This document shows, piece after piece, positions 49,361 to 63,922 of a DNA stretch of 64,000 nucleotides. The DNA comes from the human T2T-CHM13v2.0 reference genome, Homo sapiens. The notes beneath the pieces were generated by a model. It had not been told where the DNA came from. It saw only the letters and a list, made by a program, of their open reading frames with translations, and made no database searches. A program made the position numbers and the translations under genes. The DNA lies in the NCBI RefSeq assembly GCF_009914755.1, contig NC_060926.1; one strand, written 5' to 3'. How positions within the stretch are numbered: the first letter of the stretch is position 1; each line of letters opens with the position of its first letter.

Positions 49361-50789
49361 GCCTTTCCCTTTTCTCATTCTTCCAAAATAGTTATATCAA
49401 AACTTTGTTTGAATCAGCACTCACCATAGACTTACAGTGTGAGTAACTAAAATTTCAGGCATTGTACATCTTATTCTTCCTGCACCTGTCAATAATACAT
49501 CCCCATATTCTGATAGAACTTGTAAACTCCTTTCAATATTATTGAACACATCAGATAATTAAATCTGTTGCCCTGTTTTCTTCTTGGAGGCCTCCTTCCT
49601 GGAGCCTTCTGTCCCTGCTCCAGTGTGGATCATTTAGCTGTTCTCATCATCACCTTGTGAGTCCCCTCTCCTTCTACCCTCTGTTGGATCCCCCATCCTG
49701 GCCCCCTGGCTTCACAATTGTTAATTTACACCACTCCCCAGTAGTTTCTTGAGAAAGTGAACTTGGGAGATAAATTGCTTTGAGATTTTGCATTTCAGAA
49801 AATGGTTTTACTCTACTCTCACTTTGATTATTATTTTTGTTGAGTATTCTAGGTAGGGAAAATTTTCCCTTAAAATTTTCCGGGCATTATTTCATTATTT
49901 CCAATGTCCACTATTGCTGTTGAGAAATCCAAAGTCATCCTGATTATTTTAAGCCCTTGAATGTGACCTGTTGTTTCTTTACCTGTTTATCTCCAGGGTT
50001 CTAAAATTTCATGGATGTGCCTCCATGTGTATCCTTTTCATTTGTTGTGCTGGGCTCTTGATTGGTCCTTTAAATCTGGAAATCTATGTTTTTCAGCTCT
50101 GAAAAATATTCTTTGGGAATCTCATTTTCTCCTTTTTCTTTATTTATTCTTCTAGAACTCCTTCTGGGCCTCATGGATTGATCTTCCAGTTGTCTTTTTT
50201 TCCCCCATGAACCCCCAAAGAGTTTATTTTCTAATAGAATAAACACATTAAAAGGAAACATTAAAATGTTTTCTCTTTGTGGGTATTCGGTGTCTGATAA
50301 GTCCTTTCCTCGGTAACGTCTCAGTTGTCCTACTTTAAGACGAAAAAAAAGAGAATGGTTAAATGTATAAATAGGAGCCACATTAATGAAATGTTTCAGA
50401 ATAGCCTTCAGTGTGGCCAAGAGTAGCTATTTTTGTCTCATTTTGGAAATAATATGGTAGGAAAATGACATTGAAAACTACTGAAAAAACTTCAGCTTAA
50501 TGCTATAGTTGTCCTGTTATGCAATAACAAAATCATTTCAATTTTCTTCTCTTTTCCATTCTTTGTATCTTGATCTTCAACTTTGCCTTGTAGCCCTTCT
50601 AGTAAAGTTTAAATTTCTGTTATTGTTTAAACAGTTTTTAAGAATTCCTTCTCGTTTTCTCCATGTTTACTTTTTATAGCATTCTGTTCTTGTTTTGTGG
50701 ATACATCATCCCTCTGAAGATATTAACTGTGGCAGATGTGTTTCCTTTGTGGTTTTTGTTTGCTCTCTTTTGTCTCTTTGTTTCTTTTA

Positions 50790-51201
<412 letters not shown>

Positions 51202-52661
51202 AGAAAGCTGCTGGTTGACTGCTGGGCCTCACAGAAGGTGATTGGATATGGATCTGTTATACTGAGTACCCCCAATTTTCAATATCTGTCCATCCTTAAG
51301 CATGATTGCATTTTAGGGGAGCCAAATGGGAGAAAAGGAATGAGAGAAGGGACATTGCGTCATTTGAGTCAATTTCCCTGTTTTCACCCTTGCATCTCAT
51401 ATCTGTTGCCAGCTATGTCCAAGAGTCCAGATTCTCTTTGGTTTAATTTGTCCTGAGTAAACTTCCAGACTTCTGCAGAGAAGGGGAAAGGGCTGCTCGG
51501 GAAGGGAGAGGGAGTCCTCCCACTCTTCAGCCCTACTTTTCACCTTGTTGCCTGGAATTCCCAAGCCTTCTCTGGGTTCTGTGCATTTGAATCAGTTTGC
51601 TCCTCAGGAGGCCTCACCCAGTTCAGGACTGGGCTTGGAAAGGACACTTTCCAAATCTAGCCCTACTTCTCGTCTGCTTTGAAAATGCTAACTTTTGTTG
51701 GCATATCTTGTCTGCCGTGATTTTCTCTCCTGTCTCTTTGTCTTTGGGTCCTTATACCTGCACATTCCTTCACTGTCCTTCTAGTGAGGTTTTGAAGGGA
51801 CTAGAGACAATGCATGTTCTCCATCTGTCCCATTTCACCAGAAGCCTCCTCTCCTTTCTTTGTCCCCGCCTTTAATAGTTCCTTATCTTCCTTGAAGCTT
51901 CTGCCCTGCACTTATTCTAGTTGAACTTCAACTCAACCTAAAAATTCTCATTCTACCCGAGTCCTCTAAAGGACACAGATTTACTGGTACCATGGGAAGA
52001 GAATAGCTCAGGTCAATGTCCCAGCCACCTAGAGCATGTTGAGCTAGCTCACCGTTGCCACTTCAAACTGACCTGGGTCAGTTGGCTTCATCTGGTCAAG
52101 CCCATGGTGCTTCTGGGATCAGAAGGGCCAGTGGAAGTTAGGTACTGGTGCTGTGATTTGAGCTGACATGGAGCTATGTTTGAGGTTGATATGGTGAAAC
52201 AAACCCACATCTGATCACCTCCCATGAAGCCCACCAGGCAACCAGTTGAATCTCCACGTAGAGAGTTTCCAAGCAACTTTTTGTGCCTCACTCTTAAAGA
52301 TAAGCAGATATCAAAGGTCCTATTGAAAGAGTGTCTGCCCGGCCTCCTGCCTGCAGGTCTTCCCTCCAGTTTTATCCTAATCATTTCTGTCTGATTGACT
52401 GGCATTATCTTTACTATCATCGGTCTCTAGCTCTGCGGGTCCAGGGAGTGTCTGTCGCCTATACAATGTCTGATTTTCACCCTTGGGTTTGTTTTTGTTA
52501 TTCTATCACTGTGTCATCTTGTAAACCATTTACTCTTAGGCAAATGAACTTACTTCTTTTTCTAGAGTATGTCTGTTCCCTTGGAGTTTTCGTGCCTTTG
52601 CACTCTCCTGTCCCTTCCTCAAATGCTGTTCTTAGTTTTTTTTCCAAAGACATCCTACTCA

Positions 52662-52730
52662 GTGGTCTAGTGGTTAGGATTCAGCGCTCCCACCGCCGCA
52701 GCCCGGGTTCGATTCCCGGTCATGGAACCA
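52662..52730 (+). pseudogene. tRNA-Glu-derived pseudogene with CCC anticodon and encoded 3' CCA
   Basis: GTGGTCTAGTGGTTAGGATTCAGCGCT-CCC-ACCGCCGCAGCCCGGGTTCGATTCCCGGTCATGGAA-CCA is a tRNA-Glu(CTC) body missing the 5' acceptor strand. Anticodon 52689-52691 is CCC; flanked by a 17-bp TSD. Confidence 0.9.
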
Positions 52731-53684
52731 AGAAGTGGAGCAGGACGAGCCGTGGCCAAAAATATCCTACTCAGCCCTCCTGGCCTGCTTCCAGTACCAG
52801 CCCCATTGTAAACCAAGTTCTCACTGATTTCTCCCCTCTTTTAAGTTGTAGCACTTATGGACAATAGTGCTTTTTTGTCACTTGTCATTTATAATCTGAA
52901 ATTCTTTTCCTGTGAATGCTCAGATTTAACTAGAAATTAATGATTACGCACTGACTATACTCCGTCTCTCTTACTGTCCGTAACGAGCAATCAGTTTTTC
53001 TAAGTGCCCATTTTACAGTTGAGAACACCAAGGCCCAGTGATTAAATCACTTTGCGTGGGGTTGTGCATGCTGTTTACAGACTAGTACAGCCAGGCTTTT
53101 GTGCATTAAGGTGAAGGCTGTTGTTCGGCCATCATCACTGCCCTGATGGGCACTGCTTCAGATTCTGTAGTTGAAGAGCATCACACACCAGCCTGGAGAG
53201 AAGCTGGTCCAGGCCTTGGAATGCAGGCGTTGGATGTGATGTGTTAGGGCGTGGAAGAAATCCCACAGGCAGTCTGCAGAGTTGAATAACTGCAGCAGGG
53301 GTCTAGCAAAGAGACCACGGACAGAGAACGAGTGGTCAGGGCCAGCCCAGGGAAAGAAGGACCATCCCAAGGAGGCCTTTGATAGGTGTTGTCTCCACTC
53401 CATGCGGCATTTGGGAGGATTGAAGCTTTAGTGTGTGACCTTGAACTAGGCTCTTCCCTGTCTGGGTCTTTAGTTCTCCACTGGTCAAATGAAGGATTCC
53501 AGTGGGTCAGAGAGCTCCAGATGTACCTCCGCGGCAGGACCGGTCTGGCCCAAACCTTCCTCACCCAGCAGGTGTGGCTTTGCAGTCAGGGTCTGTCTGT
53601 AAGATAGAGCACTGCCATGGTATCTAGAAAGTCCCCACACTGTTTGGTTGTGGCCACAATGGAATAACAAAAAGAGCCGCAGTT

Positions 53685-54053
<369 letters not shown>

Positions 54054-54186
54054 TCAAATGCGTCATTTGGGATAGGGAGTGGTATTTATTTTTTCTTTCA
54101 CTATTTGCTTACAGACATTAAAACTTTGATGTTTGTTTAGGGCTATAAAATAAAGTTTTAATTTTGTGAGTATGAAAACTTTACTG

Positions 54187-54460
54187 GGCGGGCATGGTGG
54201 CTCATGCCTGTGGTCTCAGCACTTTGGGAGCTCTCTTGAGCCCAGGAGTTCGAGACCAGCCTGGGCAACATGGTGAAACCCCGTCTCTACAAAGAATGTG
54301 AAAATTAGCTTGGCATGGTGGTATGTTCCTGTAGTGCCAGCCACTTGGGGAGGCTGAGGTGGGAGGATCAGAGGTTGCAGAATCGAGATCATGCCACTGC
54401 ACTCACTCCAGCCTGGGCAACAAAGTGAGATCCTGTCTCAAAAAACAAACAAACAAAAAA
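54187..54460 (+). mobile_element. AluJ-like with internal deletions
   Basis: Alu consensus with gaps in both arms. Confidence 0.85.
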
Positions 54461-55619
54461 CCCCACTTTTCTATGCTGTCTTGTTTTTAGCTTCTCTGTC
54501 TCTTTCTCCATCTTTCCCCCATTCTATTTTTTTTTTTTCAGCAAGCGTTTCTGCCGGCTATGTATCTCTAGATTCAAATGTATCATTTATAAAATGGGCT
54601 TCATCATACCTCTTCCATGGGCTACCATGTGTGTGAAGTAGGGAGTGTGCCCAGTGTCTTGCACGCAGTGGCTGGACAGTGGATATTATTTTTCCTTCTT
54701 CATTTTTATTGCCCCGTCTACATCAGGCCTACATGTCCCTTCGCTGCTGGAGTCTCCTGGGTGCCAATCAGCTGTGAGGTCAGCTGAACAGGACCTTGGG
54801 CAGGGAGGGTCTGGATGCCCCGATGTGTTCTTTCTGTCAGAGGACATGATTCTTCAGGGGCTCCATGTAAAACGAGTCCACCTTAAAGCTTCTTCCTGTG
54901 TGCCTTAAGCTCTATAGACAAAGATGCTATGGAAACAGAGGGCATTTGGGATGTTATTCGTTGGTGGCAGCTTTAAACACACCACCCTGAGTTGAGAATA
55001 ATGCAGGTGTCCCCAAATGTGGCTGGCAACCCCTCAGTCACATATTAAAGTCTGCCACAGATCGAGAAAAAAGGCAGACAAGAGGACCCTGCAACCTCTT
55101 CTGCTCTCCTGTTAGGTTACTCCGGCTGCTGACCTCTCTCTTTCAGGAGCACTTTCTTTTTGTTGGGGCTAATTCCTGAAGCAATCTTCCCACAGCTCAT
55201 TTCCCCAGGCTATAAGCAGAGGCTGACCAAGGGGCCCTGTGGTCAGAAGTTATTGCCACAAGCAGGAAGTGGTTAATGCCTTCCATTTACTTTTAGTTGG
55301 AAGAGGAAAGGCTGAATCTTTCTTACAATAGGGGCGGGAAATCAACGTGACTCTACCAGTTATTATACCTTCGGGAGGGAAAGCAGAACTCTTTCAGGGC
55401 ATGAAGGATGACATCTTGAAGCTACTCTGCCACCAACAGAACAAGGACGAGGGGAATTTATTACACATGGCTTGAGTTAGAGTGAATGGGAGATCTCGCT
55501 TGACCGATGAAGCCAGTTTCATAACTGGTCTGTGTGCAGTAATTGTAGATGAAGGCAGGAAACTGCTATTCTGTGGTCATTTCAGTGCAGGCATCTGGTG
55601 CCATTTTGTATGTCAAATG

Positions 55620-56860
55620 TTACTTTAAAGATGAACAGGCTAGTAGACAAGAGACATACAAGGATATAGAACAGTTGAATAATCTGATTGATTTCCTTTC
55701 ATCCCTTGTAGAGTTTACGAATGTCTTTTCTCATATCTGTAAAACTCCAGCAGGTATATGTCAAAAAGAAACCCTTAACAAGTTTCAAAAGTAGAGTTTC
55801 TAAAGACCACAGTCTTGATTATAATCTATTAAAAACTGGAAATAAATAATATGAAGCTGAAGTCACCCCCCATTGCTGTCTTGACTGTTTAAAAATTAAA
55901 CACACACTCCTGTATAATTAACGGATCAAAGAGGGAATCAGAGGGAAATGATAAACTGTCTAGAAAGAAATGAAAAGGAGAACACTTCATACTAAACCTT
56001 GTACCATAGCAAAGGAGGTGCCCAGAGAATAACGTATAGCCTTAAATGTCTTCGTTGTTAATGAAGATGAAAACTAAAGATGACAATAAAGTAACTATTT
56101 TGAAAAGTTTGGAAAAAGTACAAGTTAAACCAAAGGGAAATAAAGAGAAATATAACAAATAGCTAAATGTAATGAAATAGAAAATAAATGGAAAACATTA
56201 TGGACATATACACATTTAAATGCCTGTTCTTGGGAAGGACTGAAAATAGAAATTTAACCCTATGTATGATCAGGGAGAAATGTCAGAACAAATATCAGCA
56301 TTTTCACTCAATGGAAGCAGCCATTAAAATTGTTCTAAAAACATTTGCAAGAGGGTTGAGCGAAATGCTTATGTCAAGGAAAAACAAAAACAATAAAAAT
56401 GTGTATTATAGTATGATTATAATTATGTGAATACAATCTCCCATCCCTTCCCATCTGCAAGTTCTGAAGAGAATTAAGTCTAAAACAATACATCAAAATA
56501 CGTGAGTGGGAATGAAGTATTGATTCATGCTAAACAGATGAATCTTGGAGACATTGTGCTAACGTTAGATAGAAGCCAGTCACAAAAGACCTCGTACTGA
56601 ATGATTCCATTTATACAAAGTATCCAGAATGAGCAAATCTATAGAGACAGAAAATAAATTAATTGTTGCCTCCAGCTGGAGGGGTTGGAGGGTTGCAGAG
56701 TGATAGGTCTGGGGTTTCCTCTTGGGGTGATGAAAGCATTCTAAAATTGATCGTATGATAGTTACACGACACTGTGAATATACGAAAAACCATTGAGTTG
56801 TCTACTTTAAGTGGTAAGGTATGTGAATTATATCTCAATTAAGTTGCTACAGAAAAAAAG
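55620..56860 (+). mobile_element. Old L1M ORF2 remnant and L1MB-type 3' end
   Basis: A-rich ORF2-like stretch, then agaagccagtcacaaaagac...gattccatttatac...gtgaattatatctcaat. Confidence 0.7.
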
Positions 56861-57408
56861 TCACAGTGGTTCTCTGTGATTTTTGGGGGGATAGAAAATA
56901 AATCTCTTGGGGGATAGAAATGTCAGTGATTTTCCTCGTTTTCCCACTCCTCTGTGATTTCCAGGTTTTCCAGATATAATTCTGTATTACTTGAATCATG
57001 GAAACATTTAGTAGATTAAAAAACATTTTAAAGGAAGAATGAGAATAATCAGCCTTTTACCAGCAAAGACAATGGTGGGAGACCTGCTAGCCTATCTTCT
57101 GGGAAGGTGGGGGAGGCCGGCTCCTCTAATCCTCAAATCTGGGACTGGTTTTGGTGGATCGCTCATTTGCCGTCACTTACAAGAGTGTTGGAGGGCCATT
57201 CGTCTGCAGGTCATGGAAAATGAAACGTCATTCGTCTGGGAACTCTCAGGGGCAGGACCACATCTCTGGGAAAAGTGGGAGTCCTGTGAAACCTGGGGAT
57301 GGCAAAAGAGGCAGCTCCTAGTGAAACAGTCTAAGAGGTGTCAGGCTCTGCTGAGTGCTAAATTAGAGAAAGCTGTTACTTATATAACTTCCTGTAATTG
57401 CCCGGCAG

Positions 57409-57569
57409 TAGCTGCAGCTGAGGACAGCCACCCTTTCTTCGTCTCTGCTGAGCGAAGGCTACACGGCCCTTCCTCCTTGCAGCTGTTTCACCTTCTACCT
57501 TGCGTGGAGCCAGGCTTTTGCACCGAATCTGAGATGCCATTTTAAACAGAAGACTCCATCCTCTTGAAG
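57409..57569 (+). other. GREB1: GREB1 5'UTR part of exon 2
   Basis: Acceptor ...cccggCAG|TAG (tandem NAGNAG) 161 nt upstream of the ATG; agrees with recalled transcript structure. Confidence 0.75.
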
Positions 57570-57726
57570 ATGGGAAATTCTTACGCTGGACAGCTGAAGA
57601 CGACACGCTTTGAAGAGGTCTTGCACAATTCCATCGAGGCATCCCTGCGGTCCAACAACCTGGTGCCCAGGCCCATCTTTTCCCAGCTGTACCTGGAAGC
57701 TGAGCAGCAGCTTGCCGCTCTAGAAG
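57570..57726 (+). CDS. GREB1: GREB1 first coding exon (CDS part, codons 1-52 plus 1 nt)
   Basis: ATG at 57570 translates [52 protein letters not shown], recognised as the GREB1 N-terminus. Donor AAG|GTGGGA after 57726 is phase 1 and joins in frame to 63418. Confidence 0.97.
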
Positions 57727-60700
57727 GTGGGAGACGCACGTTGCTTTTATCTGTGTATTTCTTTTATTGTGCGCAGTTAATGTTAGCACCAGAACTTGAA
57801 ACTCTTTTCTTTATGTAGATAACGTTGAATCTAGCAGAAAAGAATTATTAGAAAAAGAAAACTGGGTACAAGTTCTTACTTTGGCTAAAATGTAAATAAG
57901 TTTCAGCCATAAAATTGCAAGAAGTAAAATTATTCATTGAATCAGTAGGAGAAAGGAAGAGGACAAATTGTTCTCAATCGGTTGTTACTTATGCTCTTAT
58001 TAGAAGGTTTGACATTTTCACTTGGAAAAGCAAGGAATTTTAACATGCTTTTGACCCTCAGCAATATATTCCTTTTCTTTGTCCTGTGATTTGTGGCTAT
58101 ATCTTTGCAAAGTAATAGTAGGTATGAGAACTCTCAGAAACTTTTAAAAACCAAAAGCAAACATTATAAATTTAATATATGCCAAGAATAAACAACTAAA
58201 TTCTCTTCGGGCATAGGGATGACTTTTTAGAGTTTATTTAATTATGCAGAGATTGAAATGATTGTTTTTTATAGCTGTGTGTTTTCATTTCAGAAGTAAC
58301 CCCTCAGTGATCCATAGTATGAGATAGCTCTGTTATGGAAGTTCTTTTTGTAAGTTGATGTCTTTGACTTGAAGTTACCCGCAGACTTCTCTTAGTTATT
58401 GAAGTGAAAAGGGGCTATACTTTAAAACAAAAATTAATAAACTAGAATTAACGAAGAAAGCACTGAGTGAGCCAGGTCTTGTGCTGGGGTGGTCTTGCTG
58501 TGCGTGAGTGTGTATGTGGAAGGGGATGGTTGGGTTGGAGAGAATTGCACCTAGAGAAGAACGAGGTGTGGAGGTGCTTGTCTTCAAGGGGCCCCACACT
58601 GAGCTTGTGTGAGATCTGATAGTTGCTTATTCTAGCAGGAGGCATTTCTGTGTCATTGTTTAAAACATCCTTACTAAATTAACCTTGCAAATGGCCCTTC
58701 TAAACCCCTGGAAGAACTGGATGTGGGTCTGAGAGAAACTAGACTGTGGTCAAAACCATGCATTAGGAAAACCAAGAATTCGCTGGCATTCACATCAAAA
58801 GCACTGATGTTTTCTGGCATGGGAGACGTCACTGTGATTTTATGGGGAGCCGAGAAATGGCTGGAAAGTATTTTATGGACTGTTTTTGGCCAGTTGAAAG
58901 ACTTTGGTGGAATATGAATTACCTGGTCATCCTCTACATCTATAGTATTGAAGAGCTTTGTGGCTAATTATGGATTAATAATAGTGATATTGATGGTAAT
59001 GTTTATTTGAATGATACCTTAAAATCCACAAAGTGCTTTCACCTCACAAGCTGAAGTAATTGAATTCTGTGATTTGGGAAGATGGAAGGGTGGCTTGCTG
59101 GAAGCTTGAGTGACTGAGCAGCAGTTGCATACTCAGCTTTGGCCAAGCTCTGAGATAAAAAGGGGACAGACAAGGGCTTGAGTAGACTCAGGGCTGCCCA
59201 CAGGGGGAGAGAGGAGTAGAAAGCCCTTTGAGGATTCCAAATTAGCTTTCCCTCCTGTTGAAAGATCTTGATAGTTGCTTTCTGCCCACCTTTAACTGGG
59301 AGGCTGTGTCTGACATTCCGACAGCTCAGGGTGCCCTTATCTGCTGTTGGACATGTGGCACTGTCCAGGGACAGCGCTGAGGCTTAAGCCTTCATTCCTC
59401 CGGTGCTGCGGTTGAAGGTTCCCTGCCAGCTGTCAGCCGGCTTGTCCAGCTCCACGTTGGTATGAAAACTGGAACAAGCCCTATGATTTTCCCATTTGTC
59501 CGACAAACAGAAGAGAGAAGTCCTCTGAGAGTTTGGTTTTCTAGTGCAGGAAAACAAGGGGGCTGATGGGGCTGGTGGGAAGAGACAGACTCTTTTTGGT
59601 TTGCTAAATGTTACCCTAAACCAAGCACTCAGCTAGAGGCCCTGCTTTCTGCATAGTCAAACCTGGTGCAGACAGGCTTATCCAGGCCACATCTCGTAGT
59701 GTCTGTTTGTCGGGGTTTCTTATCTCATTGCTGGCCTTCTTCAGACAATGACATTAAAGATGGTTTTTATGACCAGGGTGCTGGTATACTGAACACCCCT
59801 TGATCTGTTAACATTTTATGTATTTGTGAGGGGGATTTAACAGGAGTCTTATTACTTTGTTCTTTGAATTAGGGCTGTTAACCTACCACCTCCTTTAGGG
59901 GAAAAACCCTTACACATTCTTGATTTTTTTAAAAAAAGAGAGATCAACAAAACAGACACTGTCCAGCATTTTGGGATAAGTATTTATTCATTAAACAGGA
60001 TGTAGGTAAAATCCTGTAGTCCCACCCACTTAGAATGCCATAGAGTTTCTGCTCATGGAAAGAAAACACAATTGCATGTCAACATTAAAAGCAGTAGCCT
60101 TGTACGGAATGGAGGGAAGCGGCGCTCCAGGCCCCTGAGTTCCTGTGTTTTGTTATTAGGATTCTAAGCTCCCAATCCAGTTGGTTTTGTCTAAAGCCAT
60201 TTTAGAGCTCTCGTCCTGCCAGGAGACCTGGGTAAACACGGCTGGTTTAGTCTGCTCCCGGGCAGGAATGTCCCCTCGAGCTTGTTGCTGGCGGATCTTC
60301 CCATCACAGCCCCTGGAATATCTGATGTAGACCTTTGACTTTTAATCCTGCTTTCTTACTGACTGGATTTTGAGCTCTTTCTTTGACCTTTTGAGGCTTA
60401 CGACCCTTTTCTTTCATGCCTTCTGAGAGTCTGAATTGCCGTTCTTAGCAGCTTGGCAGAATCACATGCAGGCATTCCCGGGTGTGCCCTTGGCTGCGAC
60501 GGTGCGGGCCTTGGGGGCTGCTGGTTTTAGTTCTCCTGGGATGTGTCTCCCTTATTTCACTGATAGTTGGCATCTGTGCCATCCCCTCTGAGCCTCTGTG
60601 GTGCTGGCTTAGAGACCAGAGTCGATTTTGCAGAGTCTTCTGTGTCCGACATGGAGACCTGTACTGCCTTGCTGGCGCCTGGGGTCTGGGCATGACTCTT

Positions 60701-61306
60701 TACACCTTCTGCTAAAACCACGCCTGCTGTATGTAATGGCAGGAAGAAAGCATCTGAAGCAGGCTCAAGAGTGTGTCTCCCTCCCCACCCCACCTCTGGG
60801 TAATCTCTTCACACCTTTCCTACCACTCTGTGTCCTCTAAGCCCAGGAAATCTGAGAGATCAGGAGTTCCTGAGTCACCTCCTGCTGTGACCTTCCCAAA
60901 GTCACGCTTCCCACCTGCTGGAAACGTTCAGCTTCTTCTGCCTCTTGTCCCACAAGCCCGTTTGAAATGGTCGCCATTGTGAGGCCATGTTTCCAGTATG
61001 CTCTACCGTTTAATCACATCTGGAACTCCCGTGCAGCTCTGAGGGCCACGTTTTTCCACACAGACCATCAGAACTCCAGGTGACCTTAGGGTTTGTCTGG
61101 ATTAACCACCTCATTTTAAAGATGCAGGATCAGATGCACAGAGAGGTTAAGTAATTTTCCTGCGTCCACATAGGCAGTGGCCCAGGCTAGTATGGAAACT
61201 TGAGCTCCCTGATTTCCAGTCCAATCTCTTTCTACTACACATGATTTCATCATTAACCTAGGTTGCTTAGCCCTCTGGATGGATGGACGGTGTTAGAGCC
61301 AAGTTA

Positions 61307-61667
<361 letters not shown>

Positions 61668-62117
61668 GAAATAAGCGAAGAGTGCCTGTATCCTGGCCCA
61701 GTGTGTTTAAGGATGTTCATAATGACCCTGTTCCCTGAAGAACTCTGTATGCTATTTATTAAATGACATTTAAAGATAGAGAAGTTGAGAAAGATTTTTA
61801 CCCCAAATGTCTAACTTACAAGAAGTTGGCAGGACTAAATTTCAACAGCCTGAGATCCTGCCTTCTCCAGCAGTGCTTAGTGAATAAGGTACGATTCTGT
61901 GTACCCAGAGCCACTGGGCTGCCCAACACACAGTCATAATTAGCTTCCTTGTGGGGTGCCTAGAATACAGGGATGAGTGAGGGCACAGATCCTGCCTGCC
62001 GGAGCTGAGAGAATTTCATTTCCCTGTAGTGACAGAGTGTGTGTCCAGGGAGTTGCAGGATTTCCATGGCCACCCCTAGGCTCTCCTGACCTGTTCAACA
62101 GTGACCATTCCTTCTGA

Positions 62118-62616
<499 letters not shown>

Positions 62617-62619
<3 letters not shown>

Positions 62620-62734
62620 TACAGCACCTGGTATTCCCAGGTGGTCTCCCATCCAAGTGTTAACCAGGCCCGACCCTGCTTAGCTTCTGAGATCAGACGA
62701 GATCAGGTGCGTTCAGGGTGGTATGGCCATTGAC
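62617..62734 (-). pseudogene. 5S rRNA pseudogene, near full length (possibly RNA5SP85)
   Basis: Plus strand GCCTACAGCACCTGGTATTCCCAGG...GTTCAGGGTGGTATGGCCATTGAC is the reverse complement of 5S rRNA with few substitutions. Confidence 0.95.
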
Positions 62735-63417
62735 AATGTGCCGTTTGACAGCTGTCTTGTATTGTGTAAAGCTGTTCATACTACCTATATTTTGTGTCCC
62801 AAATGAAGCAGTGCAGGTTAGGGGCAAGAGCATCAGCTTGGGCATCACACAGGACTGGGAACGTGTGGGCCATGCTGCTAGCACATAGTTGAATAGCTGT
62901 GGGCCAATTGCTGGATCTCTCTGAACCTCCATTTCCTGTTTTGTAAAATGGTCTTCATATGACACTATGGTACCATCTACACAAATATCTTTGGAACGCT
63001 ACCATGTCCAGGCATTGCGCTCAGTCCTTATCAACCAATTCGATACATATTAAACCTCTAGTGTACGCGCAGCTGTGACAGATGGAAGAGAAATGAACCT
63101 GAATTTGGAGTCATGAGGCCCAGGTCTGTGTGCCGTGTGACCTTGGGTGAGTCATCCAACCCGAGCAAGCCTCAGCTTTTCCCTCCAGTAAAGAAGGTTG
63201 ATAAAACCCGACTGACAGACTGTTTGTAAGGACAAGTTAATTTCGAACTAGCTAGACGTGCTGAGTGCTTGTTAAGGATGGGTGGAACCCATTCTGGATT
63301 AGTCCCATAGGTCCTGGGCTTGTTGAGCCTGAGAATGCAGGCAGAGGAAAGGCCCTGGGGGAAGCTCTGAGGCCAGACAGCAGCTGCCTTGCTCATCACT
63401 CTTCTTCCCGCATCTAG

Positions 63418-63537
63418 GTGGTAGCCGAGTGGACAATGAGGAAGAGGAAGAAGAGGGAGAAGGAGGGCTGGAAACAAATGGCCCCCCAACCCCTTTCCAG
63501 CTGCACCCTCTGCCTGAAGGATGCTGTACCACAGACG
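63418..63537 (+). CDS. GREB1: GREB1 second coding exon (120 nt)
   Basis: Acceptor cttcttcccgcatctag|G and donor ACG|GTGAGC. In-frame translation (G)GSRVDNEEEEEEGEGGLETNGPPTPFQLHPLPEGCCTTD(G) continues GREB1. Confidence 0.96.
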
Positions 63538-63922
63538 GTGAGCCTCTGCCAGCTCCTGGCCAGGCAGTGCCTGCCATGCTGCCCGGAGGCAGTGGCCAGG
63601 CGGGTGACTGGGCCTGTGACTGTGTGCTGCAGGGGTCCTCTTTGCTCTTCCTCTTTGCTTTCCCTGAGGTGTGAGCCATGCCCCTGGGCCCGCAGCAGGT
63701 GCTGGCCCGGCCTGCCCTCCTGAAACAGGAGCTCCAGAGACACCATCCTGGGATGCTAAGGCAGGCCTCTGTGCCACTCTTTGGACAGTCTCAACTTTAC
63801 CAGTGGCTTGGGAGCCAGACATTCATTTTTCTGTGTTGGTTGCTTGGAACCTAGAATACATTTTCCCTACTCAGGCCTGTTTGCACAGCATATTGAACTC
63901 ACAAGTGATTAGGAGGAATAAT

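Noticed and set aside
49044-49446. His/Thr/Cys-rich ORFs resembling metal-binding peptides
   Set aside because: Translations of a degenerate CA repeat.
52662-52730. Functional tRNA-Gly(CCC) gene
   Set aside because: The body is Glu-type, the 5' acceptor strand is missing, CCA is encoded and a TSD is present, so it is a retrocopy.
57727-57818. ORF extension past GREB1 exon 2 (GRRTLLLSV...)
   Set aside because: Intronic read-through; the true frame continues at 63418.
63172-63822. 216-aa minus-strand ORF and overlapping ORFs
   Set aside because: Antisense or alternative frames over the GC-rich GREB1 exon 3 region; no independent support.
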